A DNA stretch of 64,000 nt, from contig JAZNNG010000077.1 of the NCBI GenBank assembly GCA_045580165.1, positions 1,810 to 65,809 on the forward strand. Reading direction: 5' to 3'. The number at the start of each line of letters is the position of its first letter. Within the stretch, counting starts at the first letter, position 1. A model generated the notes under the pieces. It saw only the letters and a list, made by a program, of their open reading frames with translations, made no database searches and had not been told where the DNA came from. The position numbers and the translations under genes are program-made. The DNA comes from Eubacteriales bacterium (lineage in GTDB: Bacteria; Bacillota; Clostridia; Oscillospirales; CAG-272). This document shows, piece by piece, positions 25,633 through 35,988 of this stretch.

Positions 25633-27027
25633 TTACTTCTCAATAACCGTGAGAACGAAGGAGTGCGGCTCAAGCGAGATTCTATACATAAGCTCGTCTC
25701 GGTGACCTGACGTAAGGAAGCCTTCCTTTGTGGGAACAAAGTCGCTGAGTGATTTGTCACCGGTCAAGCAGTTATTAAGCTCGTCCGTGCACTCATAGTG
25801 CTGATACTTGACAGAATAGCTGTTGAGATTGTTGATGGTGATTTTGTAGTTTTTAACCTCTTCGTCGGGGTTAGATATAAGGATCTTTATGTACTTGTCG
25901 TCTGCTGTTGCAACCGTTGTGTATTTGGTGTTTTCAACGATCTCTATCTCGTTCTCTGCAAGCATATGGAATGCAGTCATTGCGTTGCCGTTAGGTGTGG
26001 GAGCATAGCTTCCGTCTTCGCGCTGAATGAACTGCGTGAATGAAATCTGTCTGAGAGGGTTGTGGAAGGTGCACCACGGGAAAACGTGCGTTCTGTCAAG
26101 GTGAGAGGAAAGATTGATTCCCGTAATGATTCGCGTAGCATTCTTGATGTTATCGGCAGGATTACCTATAAGGGGATTTCCGCCTACCATAGGAATTCCG
26201 TACTCATCAAAGAGAATAACCGCATCGGGTATTCCGAGATTTCTTACCGCTTCCTTATGACGCATTACGAAATCCGCAATTCTGAATATATCGGGATCGT
26301 AATCGTGCATAGAGTAGAAGTCGATTCTCTTTTCGGGGTTGGTGTCCTCTGCGTAGCATCTGAGGAATTCAAACCATCTTGACCAGCTATCGATACAACC
26401 TGACATAGCGTATCCGCCGACCTTGAGAGGCTTTTCGTAATTGTGCTTTTGGTTGAGTCTGTTTACGATAGCATAAGCTCTCTTGTAGAACTCATAATAT
26501 TCCTTGATTTCAAGGCCGCCGAAGCAGAGATATTCAACCTCGTTACAGCATTCGATATAAACGATGTTGGGGAAGAGCTCCTTGTAGTGCTCGATAACCG
26601 TTTCAACGGCTTTTTCGTACTTGTCAAAGGAGAGAAGACCCTCCATAACCTCGCGCTCATAGCGACGGAAGTTGTATATAAGCTCGTCACCCTGTGCAGC
26701 GTACGAACTTAAGTATTCCATATACTTAGTACCGTAGCTTCTTCCAAGATTCCAGTCGTAGGGAGCAAAATCGGGGTCACCCTCGTGCTTGTTAACACCG
26801 ATATCGTAGTCCCAATCGAATTCATTAGTCTTGTAGTCCCATACTTCGTCAAGTGTTACGAACGTACGGAGAATCTTAGCTCGTCCGATCTTACTTGCAC
26901 AAAATTCGGGGAAATCACCGTGAGGAGTGCATCTGAGCGTTGTGTTCTGATAAGCCTCAACTCGGGGCCATTTTCTTGTTACAACGTTAGGATTGACGGT
27001 CAATTCAATAAATTTGTTCTGTTCCAT
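25633..27027 (-). CDS. Putative cytoplasmic glycoside hydrolase, clan GH-A (TIM barrel) like
   Basis: 464 aa with no signal peptide. Candidate acid/base motif CCNEVEY and nucleophile motif ILFDEYG. The family assignment is uncertain. Confidence 0.55.
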   Translation of the reverse strand: MEQNKFIELTVNPNVVTRKWPRVEAYQNTTLRCTPHGDFPEFCASKIGRAKILRTFVTLDEVWDYKTNEFDWDYDIGVNKHEGDPDFAPYDWNLGRSYGTKYMEYLSSYAAQGDELIYNFRRYEREVMEGLLSFDKYEKAVETVIEHYKELFPNIVYIECCNEVEYLCFGGLEIKEYYEFYKRAYAIVNRLNQKHNYEKPLKVGGYAMSGCIDSWSRWFEFLRCYAEDTNPEKRIDFYSMHDYDPDIFRIADFVMRHKEAVRNLGIPDAVILFDEYGIPMVGGNPLIGNPADNIKNATRIITGINLSSHLDRTHVFPWCTFHNPLRQISFTQFIQREDGSYAPTPNGNAMTAFHMLAENEIEIVENTKYTTVATADDKYIKILISNPDEEVKNYKITINNLNSYSVKYQHYECTDELNNCLTGDKSLSDFVPTKEGFLTSGHRDELMYRISLEPHSFVLTVIEK

Positions 27028-27214
27028 AATAATCTCCTTGCCGCTTAGGTTATAGCGGGAGCGTTTCGGCTTTTCTTTCGGGGGTCCGATACCCGTTTTG
27101 TTGTTTATGTTGCTCTGGTAATTCTACCCTAATTTGCCGAAAAAGTCAATACTTTTAGCTTTGTTTTTTGTGTTTTTTGTTTTGCGCCAAGGCAAAGCTT
27201 AAAAGTGTGTTATA

Positions 27215-27252
27215 AACCCAAAAAGGCAGACGTTGCGTCTGCCTTTTTGGGT
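27215..27252 (-). terminator. Terminator of glyQS
   Basis: AACCCAAAAAGGCAGACG-TTG-CGTCTGCCTTTTTGGGTT, 18-bp stem. Confidence 0.7.
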
Positions 27253-27254
27253 TA

Positions 27255-28646
27255 TCAGAATTCAAGTCTTTTTGAAATGTATTCAACAAGCTCGGACACG
27301 GGAATTCTTTCCTGTTCCATAGTGTCGCGGTCACGGACTGTAACCGCACCGTCCTCGAGAGAATCAAAGTCGAAGGTTACGCAGAAGGGAGTACCGATCT
27401 CGTCCTGACGGCGATAACGCTTACCGATAGAGCCCGATTCGTCGTACTCAACGTTGAAGTGCTTAGCAAGCATATCGTAAACCTCGCCTGCCTGCTCGCC
27501 GAGCTTCTTTGCGAGAGGAAGAACAGCAACCTTAACGGGCGCGATTGCGGGATGGAAGCGCATTACTACGCGAGTATCCTTTTCGTCGATAACCTCCTCG
27601 TCGTATGCTTCAACGAGGAATGCGAGCGTTACGCGGTCAGCGCCGAGCGAGGGCTCGATAACGTAAGGAACGTAGCGCTCGTTGGTTTCGGGATCGAAGT
27701 AGTCGAGCTTTTCGCCACTGTGGTTTGTGTGCTGCGAGAGGTCATAGTCAGTTCTGTCTGCAATACCCCAAAGCTCGCCCCAACCGAACGGGAAAAGGTA
27801 CTCAAAGTCTGTGGTAGCCTTTGAATAGAAGCAAAGCTCTTCTTTATCGTGGTCACGAAGACGGAGGTTTTCCTTCTTAATGCCGAGGTTATAGAGGAAG
27901 TTTTCGCAATAGTCCTTCCAGTATGCAAACCACTCAAGGTCTGTTCCGGGCTTGCAGAAGAATTCAAGCTCCATCTGCTCAAACTCTCTGATTCTGAATA
28001 TAAAGTTACCGGGAGTGATCTCGTTTCTGAAAGACTTACCGATCTGACCTACGCCGAAGGGAAGCTTCTTTCTTGTAGTTCTTGCGATGTTATTGAAGTT
28101 AACGAAAATACCCTGCGCGGTCTCGGGGCGGAGATAAAGCTCGGAGGATGAATCCTCTGTAACACCCTGATAGGTCTTGAACATAAGGTTGAACTTACGG
28201 ATATCGGTGAAATCGCTCTTTCCGCAGCTGGGACATACGATGTTGTGCTCCTTTATGAAGGCCGCCAGCATATCGTTAGACCAACCGTTAGGGTTGATAT
28301 CGAGATTGTTTTCGGCAATGTAGTCCTCAACCAGCTTGTCTGCTCTGTGACGCGTTTTGCAGGACTTGCAGTCCATAAGAGGGTCGGAGAAGCCGCCGAC
28401 GTGACCAGATGCAACCCAAACCTCGGGATTCATAATGATTGCCGAGTCAAGACCTACGTTGTACTTGGATTCCTGAACAAATTTCTTCCACCAAGCGCGC
28501 TTTACGTTGTTTTTGAGCTCAACGCCGAGAGGACCGTAGTCCCATGAGTTAGCGAGACCGCCGTAGATTTCCGAGCCGCTGTAAACAAAACCGCGGTTTT
28601 TGCAAAGAGCGACTACTTTTTCCATTGTTTTCTGCTTGTTATCCAT
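27255..28646 (-). CDS. glyQS: Glycine--tRNA ligase (homodimeric GlyQS type)
   Basis: 463 aa. [24 protein letters not shown]-terminus, class II motifs and C-terminal anticodon-binding domain. Confidence 0.95.
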   Translation of the reverse strand: MDNKQKTMEKVVALCKNRGFVYSGSEIYGGLANSWDYGPLGVELKNNVKRAWWKKFVQESKYNVGLDSAIIMNPEVWVASGHVGGFSDPLMDCKSCKTRHRADKLVEDYIAENNLDINPNGWSNDMLAAFIKEHNIVCPSCGKSDFTDIRKFNLMFKTYQGVTEDSSSELYLRPETAQGIFVNFNNIARTTRKKLPFGVGQIGKSFRNEITPGNFIFRIREFEQMELEFFCKPGTDLEWFAYWKDYCENFLYNLGIKKENLRLRDHDKEELCFYSKATTDFEYLFPFGWGELWGIADRTDYDLSQHTNHSGEKLDYFDPETNERYVPYVIEPSLGADRVTLAFLVEAYDEEVIDEKDTRVVMRFHPAIAPVKVAVLPLAKKLGEQAGEVYDMLAKHFNVEYDESGSIGKRYRRQDEIGTPFCVTFDFDSLEDGAVTVRDRDTMEQERIPVSELVEYISKRLEF

Positions 28647-28683
28647 TTTTAAACTCCTGTATATTAAAGTGATAAAAAATTAC

Positions 28684-29688
28684 TTATCTGTATGCGGCGT
28701 ATTCGCCGATAGCAGCCTTGATGTAGGGCTCAAAGCGTTGACTTCCGTTTATGGTTATATATTTGCCCGGATATACGGTCGTTACCTTGTTAAGCTCCTT
28801 GTAGAAGGAAAGAAGCTCAAGGTCGGCGGCAAGGTCCTCGACTGTGTAGTTGGTTGTTATATTTTCCGAAATTGCAGTAAAGAGGGTAGTTGCCTTTTTG
28901 ATAAAAGACGCGTCCGATATTTTGTCAGCAACCGCAAACATAAACTCGGCAGTTGTCTTTTCTCTTGAATTCTCGGAGCTTTTGTAATCCTTGAATCTCA
29001 AAAGCTGCTCGGCCTTTTCTCCGTCAAGCTTCTGCTTGCCCTTTTTGAGCTCGATGGTAAGCTCCTGCTCGAGGTCGGAGTATTCCATGTTTTCGGGTAC
29101 GTTAAAGGTTATCTCTCCAAGCTCATCGATAATAGGAGCGAAGTTTTTAACGTCGATCACTATGTACTTTTCAAGCTCAAATCCGGTAAGCGCGGTGAGC
29201 TTCTGCATAAAGAAGTCTATACCCTTACTGTAATAGATCTCGCCGAGAGTAGTGAAGCTTCCGTCAACCTTGAGTCTCATGTTTGAGGGGATCGTTGAAA
29301 TAAGAAGCGTGCGGCTATCCTTGTCGGCTCTGACGATTGCTATCGAGTCTGCGGAATAAGTGCGATTGCGGCGAAGCGGGAAGGAGTCAGTGTACTCATC
29401 CTCGATGTTGTAATCGGGAAGAATATCGGGCTGATAGTCCGTACCGATGATAGCAAAAGCAAACGAATTTCCTTTAAGCTCGACAAGATCGTCACCCTCA
29501 CCGTGATTACCGGTATTAGGTTCGGTTGACGTAACGATCTCAAGTGAAATCGGAGGAGTGCCCTCAATCGAATCCTGAAGAAGCTCTGCTACGAAATTGG
29601 TTATGAAATACGCGACCACCCCGAAAACAAGTAGAGAGGCGAAAAGCGTAATGAGGAAATTTCTGAGTGAAGTTTTCAAGCTAACCAT
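28684..29688 (-). CDS. LCP (LytR-CpsA-Psr) family cell-envelope phosphotransferase
   Basis: N-terminal TM helix followed by the LCP core (RTYSADSIAIVRADKDSRTLLISTIPSNM). The start is uncertain: ATG 29688 or GTG 29724. Confidence 0.8.
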   Translation of the reverse strand: MVSLKTSLRNFLITLFASLLVFGVVAYFITNFVAELLQDSIEGTPPISLEIVTSTEPNTGNHGEGDDLVELKGNSFAFAIIGTDYQPDILPDYNIEDEYTDSFPLRRNRTYSADSIAIVRADKDSRTLLISTIPSNMRLKVDGSFTTLGEIYYSKGIDFFMQKLTALTGFELEKYIVIDVKNFAPIIDELGEITFNVPENMEYSDLEQELTIELKKGKQKLDGEKAEQLLRFKDYKSSENSREKTTAEFMFAVADKISDASFIKKATTLFTAISENITTNYTVEDLAADLELLSFYKELNKVTTVYPGKYITINGSQRFEPYIKAAIGEYAAYR

Positions 29689-29881
29689 TCCTTTCAAGAA
29701 CAGTGTTTTTTTGCATAGGTACACGCATAATATACCATTTATACATTATACTACAACAAACGGCTTTTTGCAAGAGTTTCGGGGAATATTCTTTCAACAA
29801 CTTGATTATCGCATACACCTTGACACAGAACGAAAAAAGATTTATAATACTAACGTCCGCATATGCGGCACGGAGGTGCTT

Positions 29882-30811
29882 ATGGATTCGGAATACACTA
29901 TACCCTTAAAAAGTATCGTTGACGAGTTTGCGCTTGAAACGATATACGCTCCCGAAAATTTCGACGATATTCTTATACACAAAACCGAGGTAAACAGACC
30001 CGGACTTCAGCTTTCGGGCTTCTACGGTCACTTTGAGCCTACGAGAATTCAGATAATAGGAAGGGCAGAGCATAAATACCTCGAAATGCTGACGCCCGAC
30101 GAAAGAAAACAGGCTCTGACAAACTTTTTTGAAACAAGACCTATTGCTGTCGTAATCTCCTCGGGACTTGAGGTCTTTTCCGAAATGCTCGAAATTGCCG
30201 AGTATTTTGAATCTACTGTCTTGCGTACACAGGAGAGAACGAGCGCGTTTATGGCGTCACTCATTGCATCTCTCAACGTAAGTCTTGCTCCGAGAATTAC
30301 CAGACACGGAGTTCTCGTTGAGGTTTACGGCGAAGGTATGCTTATCCTCGGTGAAAGCGGAGTAGGTAAGAGCGAAACGGCTATCGAGCTTGTAAAGCGA
30401 GGACACAGACTTATTGCTGATGATGCAGTTGAGATCAAGCGAGTTTCTTCCAAAACGCTCGTCGGTACGGCACCCGAAATTATAAGACACTACGTTGAGC
30501 TCCGAGGCATCGGAATCGTCGACGTAAAGAGAATTTTCGGTGTGGGCGCAGTAAAAATGACCGAAAAGATAGATATGATAGTAAATCTCGAGCCTTGGGT
30601 GCAGGGTAAGATGTACGACAGACTCGGACTCGAGAGCGAAACGACTGAAATCCTCGGAATTGAAATTCCGACCACTGTTATCCCGGTGCGCCCCGGACGT
30701 AACCTTGCGATCATACTTGAGATCGCGGCAATGAACAACCGTCAGAAGCGTATGGGCTACAACACCGCGGTTGAATTTAATAAACGGCTTATGGCACAGT
30801 TTGAAGAATAA
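29882..30811 (+). CDS. hprK: HPr kinase/phosphorylase
   Basis: Walker A GESGVGKSE and signature HGVLVEVYGEGMLILG. ATG at 29882 follows GGAGGTG. The track ORF is extended upstream artifactually. Confidence 0.93.
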   Translation: MDSEYTIPLKSIVDEFALETIYAPENFDDILIHKTEVNRPGLQLSGFYGHFEPTRIQIIGRAEHKYLEMLTPDERKQALTNFFETRPIAVVISSGLEVFSEMLEIAEYFESTVLRTQERTSAFMASLIASLNVSLAPRITRHGVLVEVYGEGMLILGESGVGKSETAIELVKRGHRLIADDAVEIKRVSSKTLVGTAPEIIRHYVELRGIGIVDVKRIFGVGAVKMTEKIDMIVNLEPWVQGKMYDRLGLESETTEILGIEIPTTVIPVRPGRNLAIILEIAAMNNRQKRMGYNTAVEFNKRLMAQFEE

Positions 30812-30814
30812 AAA

Positions 30815-30842
30815 ATGAACCGAAGCGCAGGCTTCGGTTCAT
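30815..30842. terminator. Bidirectional terminator between hprK and the his operon end
   Basis: ATGAACCGAAGC-GCAG-GCTTCGGTTCAT flanked by A and T runs. Confidence 0.7.
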
Positions 30843-30845
30843 TTT

Positions 30846-31598
30846 TTAGTTACAGTGCTTTGAATACTCATCAAATCCGCAAAGCAGGTTTTCTTTTGAA
30901 TGACAGTCGGAGTTTATAATTACCTTTTTACCGAGTTTTTTTATCTCTCTAAGTATAAAGTCTTCCGGATAAGGAGTTGTTCTGTATCCGCGTGAAATGG
31001 CTCCTGTGTTTATCTCAAATGCAACGGGTGTGTCCTTGAGCTTATCAAGTGCAGACAGCGCAGCACTTCTGTACCGTTCGGAATTTGTGTCAAACAAAGG
31101 GGTTATCTCGTTGAATTTTGTAAGCAAGTCGAAGTGTGCTATAACGTCACAACCCGTCTTATTGTAAAGGTCACCGACAAGCTTGTAGTAATCCTCAGCA
31201 AAAGCGAGTGGGTCGCCGCCGTAATGCTTGTCAATCTTTGATGTCAGATAATCAAGACTCAAGTCAACGGCTATATATTCACCGTCCTTGTTGACCGCGT
31301 GTACCGCGCCGATAATATAGTCATAGCAGTCTGTCGGCTCCTCTGAGTAGTAATCGTACTCGATTCCTGCGTAGATCTTGAGCTTATCCGAATACTTGAT
31401 TTTGAGTTTTTTTATTTCATCGAGATATTTCGCGGTATCTTCACGGCTCATACAGTATTCTTCGTCGTACGCGGTGTAAGAGTGACCCGAAAAACCGAGC
31501 TCCGGACACCCGAGCTCAATAGCCCTGATTACAAGCTCCTCGGGAGTATCCTTGCCATCGCAGTAGATAGTATGTGTGTGAAAATTTGAGTATGTCAT
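30846..31598 (-). CDS. hisK: Histidinol-phosphatase, PHP family
   Basis: [10 protein letters not shown]-terminal PHP motif. It is the last gene of the his operon. Confidence 0.85.
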   Translation of the reverse strand: MTYSNFHTHTIYCDGKDTPEELVIRAIELGCPELGFSGHSYTAYDEEYCMSREDTAKYLDEIKKLKIKYSDKLKIYAGIEYDYYSEEPTDCYDYIIGAVHAVNKDGEYIAVDLSLDYLTSKIDKHYGGDPLAFAEDYYKLVGDLYNKTGCDVIAHFDLLTKFNEITPLFDTNSERYRSAALSALDKLKDTPVAFEINTGAISRGYRTTPYPEDFILREIKKLGKKVIINSDCHSKENLLCGFDEYSKHCN

Positions 31599-32245
31599 TT
31601 GGTCATCTTTTCCTGCTTGACCTTGTGGTCGATTATGTGACGGGAAGCAAGCTCGCGGTGTACGTCCTCAACGCTGATACCCATTTCAACCATAAGCACC
31701 ATTGCGTGATAAGCGAGGTCTGCAAGCTCGTATATGGTTTCCTTCTTGTCGTCAGCCTTACCCGCGATAATTACCTCGGTGCATTCTTCTCCGACCTTTT
31801 TGAGAATTTTGTCAATTCCTTTTTCAAAAAGATATGTTGTGTACGAGCCCTCGGGCTTGTCTTTTTTTCTGCCCTCAAGCAAAGTGTAGAGATCGCCGAG
31901 AGAGAAGTCCTTAAGCTCCGCACTCTCCCATACGGGCTTTGTGAAGCAGGAGTCTGTACCCGTGTGACACGCAGGGCCGTCCTTTTCGACCATTACAACA
32001 AGCGCATCGTTGTCGCAATCGGCGGCTATAGAAACTATGTGCTGATAATTGCCGCTTGTTTCCCCCTTGAGCCAGAGCTTGTTTCTTGAACGGCTGAAGA
32101 AGCAGGTAAGTCCCTTTTCCATAGATATTTCAAGACTTTCGCGGTTCATATACGCAAGAGTCAGAACCTTTTTTGTTATTGAATCAACAACTATTGCGGG
32201 AATAAGTCCCTTTTCATCAAATTTGAGTGTGTTTATATCTAACAT
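31595..32245 (-). CDS. hisI: Bifunctional phosphoribosyl-AMP cyclohydrolase / phosphoribosyl-ATP pyrophosphatase
   Basis: HisI domain (CHTGTDSCF) fused to a HisE domain (EECTEVIIA...ELADLAYH). Confidence 0.93.
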   Translation of the reverse strand: MLDINTLKFDEKGLIPAIVVDSITKKVLTLAYMNRESLEISMEKGLTCFFSRSRNKLWLKGETSGNYQHIVSIAADCDNDALVVMVEKDGPACHTGTDSCFTKPVWESAELKDFSLGDLYTLLEGRKKDKPEGSYTTYLFEKGIDKILKKVGEECTEVIIAGKADDKKETIYELADLAYHAMVLMVEMGISVEDVHRELASRHIIDHKVKQEKMTK

Positions 32246-32247
32246 TT

Positions 32248-33006
32248 TTATGTCCTCACGATAATATTGTTTTTGTAAAGCTCGGCCTTCAGATCGGGAA
32301 TCTTTATCTCACCGAAATGGAATACCGACGCGGCAAGCCCTGCGTCTATATCGGGAATTTCCCTAAAAAGCTTAATAAAGTCGTCCACCTTGCCGGCACC
32401 GCCCGAAGCGATAACGGGGACGTTAACGGCAGAGCATACCGCTTTTAACATTTCAATGTCAAATCCGCCCTTTACACCGTCTGTGTCGATGGAGTTTACA
32501 ACAACCTCGCCCGCGCCGAGAGCAACGCATTTCTTGATCCATTCTATTGCCTCAAGGCCAGTGTCCTCACGTCCGCCCTTGGCAAATACTCTGAATTCTC
32601 CGTCGACACGCTTGATGTCGACCGAAAGCACGACGCATTGGTTTCCGTATTTTTTCGCCGCTTCGCGTACAAGCTCGGGGTTTTTAAGAGCTCCAGAATT
32701 CACGCTTACCTTGTCGGCACCGCATTTCAGAACGCGGTCAAAATCGTCAATGGTGTTTATGCCGCCGCCCACGGTAAGAGGTATGAAGATTTCCGATGCT
32801 ACCTCTTTTAGAATGTCGGTAAACAGGGCGCGCTCCTCGTACGATGCTGTAATATCGTAAAACACCAGCTCGTCAGCGCCGTTGTCTGAATAGTAACGTG
32901 CAAGCTCCTTCGGAGATGAAACGTCATTTAGCCCTTGGAAGTTAACGCCCTTGACTACACGTCCGTTTTTAACGTCAAGGCAGGGAATAATTCTTTTTGT
33001 AATCAC
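32248..33006 (-). CDS. hisF: Imidazole glycerol phosphate synthase, cyclase subunit
   Basis: [17 protein letters not shown] and SGGAG motifs. Confidence 0.95.
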   Translation of the reverse strand: MITKRIIPCLDVKNGRVVKGVNFQGLNDVSSPKELARYYSDNGADELVFYDITASYEERALFTDILKEVASEIFIPLTVGGGINTIDDFDRVLKCGADKVSVNSGALKNPELVREAAKKYGNQCVVLSVDIKRVDGEFRVFAKGGREDTGLEAIEWIKKCVALGAGEVVVNSIDTDGVKGGFDIEMLKAVCSAVNVPVIASGGAGKVDDFIKLFREIPDIDAGLAASVFHFGEIKIPDLKAELYKNNIIVRT

Positions 33007-33716
33007 CTTGCCACCTCTATTGCTTCCTTTAAATCGATCGCGCCCGTATAGTATGCTTTGCCGATTATTGCACCGTAAATGTTCATGCGTCTTAGCTCGG
33101 TGACGTCGTCTATTGATGAAACGCCGCCCGAAGCAATGATGTTCACCGAGAATTTTTCAGACAGACTTTTATATAGCTCAAGATTGGTGCCCTTCATTGC
33201 ACCGTCCTTTGAAATGTCGGTACATATAACGGTTTTAACGCCAAGCTCCTGCATCTGAGAGAAGAATTCGTTTGTTGTTAATTGGGATTTTTCTATCCAT
33301 CCCTTGATGGCTATATAGCCGTCCTTGATGTCTGCGCCTACCGCAACCTTTTCACCGTATTTGTCGACTGCAGCCTTAAGAAAAGTCCTGTCTGTAACAG
33401 CGGCAGTACCGAGTATAACTCTCGCTACACCTGCGTCGATATACGCGGCAACGGTTTTCATATCGCGTATTCCTCCGCCGATCTCAACCTTGAGAGTGGT
33501 TTCCTTTGCGATGCTTTTAACTATATCGATATTAGGCGTGGTTCCAAGCTTTGCGCCCTCAAGGTCTACCATGTGAATGAACTCGGCGCCAGCCGATTCA
33601 AAGTCACGTGCAACCTCAATCGGATTGTCGTTATATACGGTCATCTGATCATAGTCGCCCTTGAACAGACGGACCGCCTTGCGTCCGTATAGATCTATTG
33701 CCGGAAGTATTATCAT
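33003..33716 (-). CDS. hisA: ProFAR isomerase
   Basis: [20 protein letters not shown] at 33716 overlaps the hisH stop (ATGA). Confidence 0.95.
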   Translation of the reverse strand: MIILPAIDLYGRKAVRLFKGDYDQMTVYNDNPIEVARDFESAGAEFIHMVDLEGAKLGTTPNIDIVKSIAKETTLKVEIGGGIRDMKTVAAYIDAGVARVILGTAAVTDRTFLKAAVDKYGEKVAVGADIKDGYIAIKGWIEKSQLTTNEFFSQMQELGVKTVICTDISKDGAMKGTNLELYKSLSEKFSVNIIASGGVSSIDDVTELRRMNIYGAIIGKAYYTGAIDLKEAIEVAR

Positions 33717-34333
33717 TTTGTAGTCTCCGTTTCGCAAAACGCGCGCAGAATGTTAAGACCCACCTGCCCACTTTTTTCGGGATGGAATTGACATCCCATT
33801 ACGTTACCGTTTGCCACCGCCGCGCAAAGCTCCTTACCGTATTCGGCGGTAGCAATTACGCAGTCCTCGCAGTCGCTTGCAAAATAGGAATGAACAAAGT
33901 AAACGCAGTCAGTGTCGGTGAGGTATTTGAACAGATCGTGTTTCCTTTTGTATATAAGCCTGTTCCAACCGATGTGGGGTATCTTCAGACCATTTGGAAT
34001 ATATCCGTCCATCGGAATAACGCTTCCTTTTATAAGTCCAAGTCCCTCGTGTTCTCCGTATTCAAAGCTTCTTTCAAAAAGCAGCTGCATGCCGAGGCAA
34101 ATTCCCATAAGAGGCTTTCCGTTTGCCGCTTCTTCGCAGATGACTTTGTCAAGACCGCTGTCACGAAGCTTTTTCGCGGCATCTGCAAAAGCACCGACAC
34201 CGGGTAGAATAAGCTTGTCGGCTGCGCGAATTTCGTCCGCATCGGACACGATTTTTGCGTCAGCGCCGATAAATTTCAGTGATGAGCATAGCGAAAACAG
34301 GTTTCCTACGCCGTAGTCAATAATTGCTATCAT
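33713..34333 (-). CDS. hisH: Imidazole glycerol phosphate synthase, glutaminase subunit
   Basis: Class I amidotransferase with GICLGMQ nucleophile elbow and FHPEKS. Confidence 0.95.
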   Translation of the reverse strand: MIAIIDYGVGNLFSLCSSLKFIGADAKIVSDADEIRAADKLILPGVGAFADAAKKLRDSGLDKVICEEAANGKPLMGICLGMQLLFERSFEYGEHEGLGLIKGSVIPMDGYIPNGLKIPHIGWNRLIYKRKHDLFKYLTDTDCVYFVHSYFASDCEDCVIATAEYGKELCAAVANGNVMGCQFHPEKSGQVGLNILRAFCETETTK

Positions 34334-34920
34334 TATAAAGTACCTTTTGTTGAGGGAATGTCATCCTTGTGGGCGTTGTCGATGGCAAAAGCCTTGGCAA
34401 GACTTCTTGCAACAGACTTGAATGCGCCTTCAATGATGTGGTGTGAATTTTTGCCGCAAAGCAATGCTATGTGAAGAGTTATATCCGAGCATCTTGCGAG
34501 AGCTGAGAAAAACTCCTCGGCAAGCTCGGTATCAAAGTCTCCAACCTTTTCTGCAGGTATGGGGAGATCGATGTAAGCACCGCCCCTGCCCGAAACGTCA
34601 ACTGCAGAGAGAATGAGCGACTCGTCCATGGGGAGAGTGATGTCACCGTAACGGCAGATACCGCGCTTGTCACCGAGAGCCTGTGCTATCGCTTTACCCA
34701 GACAAATGGCAATATCCTCGGTAGTGTGGTGGTAATCTACGTTTGTGTCGCCCTTACACTTTACGTCAAGGTCGAACCTTCCGTGCTTTGAAAAAAGGGT
34801 CAGCATGTGGTCGAGAAAGCCGCATCCCGTGTCGATGTTTGATTTTCCTGAGCCGTCAAGATCGATTTTTAGCGAAATGTCAGTCTCGGCCGTTGTTCTT
34901 TTGATTTCGGAGTATCTCAT
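34333..34920 (-). CDS. hisB: Imidazoleglycerol-phosphate dehydratase
   Basis: RTTAETDI, GFLDHML and HHxxE motifs. Confidence 0.95.
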   Translation of the reverse strand: MRYSEIKRTTAETDISLKIDLDGSGKSNIDTGCGFLDHMLTLFSKHGRFDLDVKCKGDTNVDYHHTTEDIAICLGKAIAQALGDKRGICRYGDITLPMDESLILSAVDVSGRGGAYIDLPIPAEKVGDFDTELAEEFFSALARCSDITLHIALLCGKNSHHIIEGAFKSVARSLAKAFAIDNAHKDDIPSTKGTL

Positions 34921-35981
34921 AAGGCTTCCTCCAATATTTTTTTAACAGTAGTTATGAATGTTCTCATTTGTTCTTCCGTGCCGACGGTTATGCGGTTGTA
35001 ATCGGATATAAGTGCCTTGTCAAAATGTCTGACGAGAATGCCGTTTTCACGAAGCTTTAAGTAAAGCTCCTTGCCGCCGATCTTTGGAGATTTTGCAAAA
35101 ACAAAATTTGTTTTCGAGTCGGTAAGCTCAAAGCCGAGCGCTTTAAGCTCTCTTACCGTGTACTCACGGTTTTTAATTATCTTGCGGCAGTTTGACATAT
35201 AGTATTCGTTGTCAACGAGCGCCGCAACACCTGCCGACGACGTCATTTTGTTGACGTTGTAGGGGTTTGTGGAGTATCTGAGTGTGTTAAGGTCGGCAAT
35301 CAGAGCTTTGCTTCCGATAGCGAAGCCAAGCCTTGCTCCTGCCATAGATCTTGATTTCGAGAAGGTCTGGGTTACGAGCAGATTGTCATACTTTTCAACA
35401 AGACAAACAGCGCTTTCAGCGCCGAAATCAACGTAAGCCTCGTCTATGATCACCACGTTATTGGGATTAGACGCTACGACTATTTCTATTTCGTCAAGAG
35501 TGAGAGCAATTCCCGTAGGTGCGTTCGGATTGGCAATTATAATGTTTTGGTTTATGCCGACGTAATCATTAACGTCGATTGTAAAATCATCCTTAAGCGG
35601 TATTTCTGTGTAAGGAATGCAGTTGACCTCTGCAAAAACGGGGTAAAAGCCGTACGAAATATTAGGAAATACAATCGGATGATTCTCGTCACAAAACGCC
35701 ATAAACGCGAAATTGAGGACCTCGTCCGAGCCGTTGGTCATAACTACCTGATCCGATGAAACTCCGTAAACCTCTGCGAGCTTGCGTGTCAAATCAAAGC
35801 ATTCAGGGTCTGAATATAGTTCGAGCCTGCCCGCTTCCGATAAAACCGCATCGATCACTCCTTGCGACGGCGGAAACGGTGACTCGTTCGTGTTTAGCTT
35901 GATATATACGTTGTCCTTTGGCTGTTCACCGGGAGTGTACGGTACAAGCCTTTTGTATTTATTACTGAAAAATCTGCTCAT
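34917..35981 (-). CDS. hisC: Histidinol-phosphate aminotransferase
   Basis: LNTNESPFPPS and TFSKSRSMAGARLG (PLP Lys). The true ATG is at 35981. The 448-aa track ORF runs into hisD in another frame context and is an artifact. Confidence 0.93.
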   Translation of the reverse strand: MSRFFSNKYKRLVPYTPGEQPKDNVYIKLNTNESPFPPSQGVIDAVLSEAGRLELYSDPECFDLTRKLAEVYGVSSDQVVMTNGSDEVLNFAFMAFCDENHPIVFPNISYGFYPVFAEVNCIPYTEIPLKDDFTIDVNDYVGINQNIIIANPNAPTGIALTLDEIEIVVASNPNNVVIIDEAYVDFGAESAVCLVEKYDNLLVTQTFSKSRSMAGARLGFAIGSKALIADLNTLRYSTNPYNVNKMTSSAGVAALVDNEYYMSNCRKIIKNREYTVRELKALGFELTDSKTNFVFAKSPKIGGKELYLKLRENGILVRHFDKALISDYNRITVGTEEQMRTFITTVKKILEEAL

Positions 35982-35988
35982 TGAATTA

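Noticed and set aside
27028-27140. 5' UTR of about 95 nt for the GH-A-like gene, with small hairpins (CCGCT-TATAACCTA-AGCGG) near the RBS, as a possible riboswitch
   Set aside because: It is too short and too weakly structured to assign to any riboswitch class by eye. The hairpin could modulate translation, but the evidence is insufficient.
29597-29881. 404-aa version of hprK extending upstream over the LCP gene start
   Set aside because: The HprK homology begins at MDSEYTIPLKSIV (ATG 29882, with a GGAGGTG RBS). The upstream part overlaps the divergent LCP gene and the promoter region.
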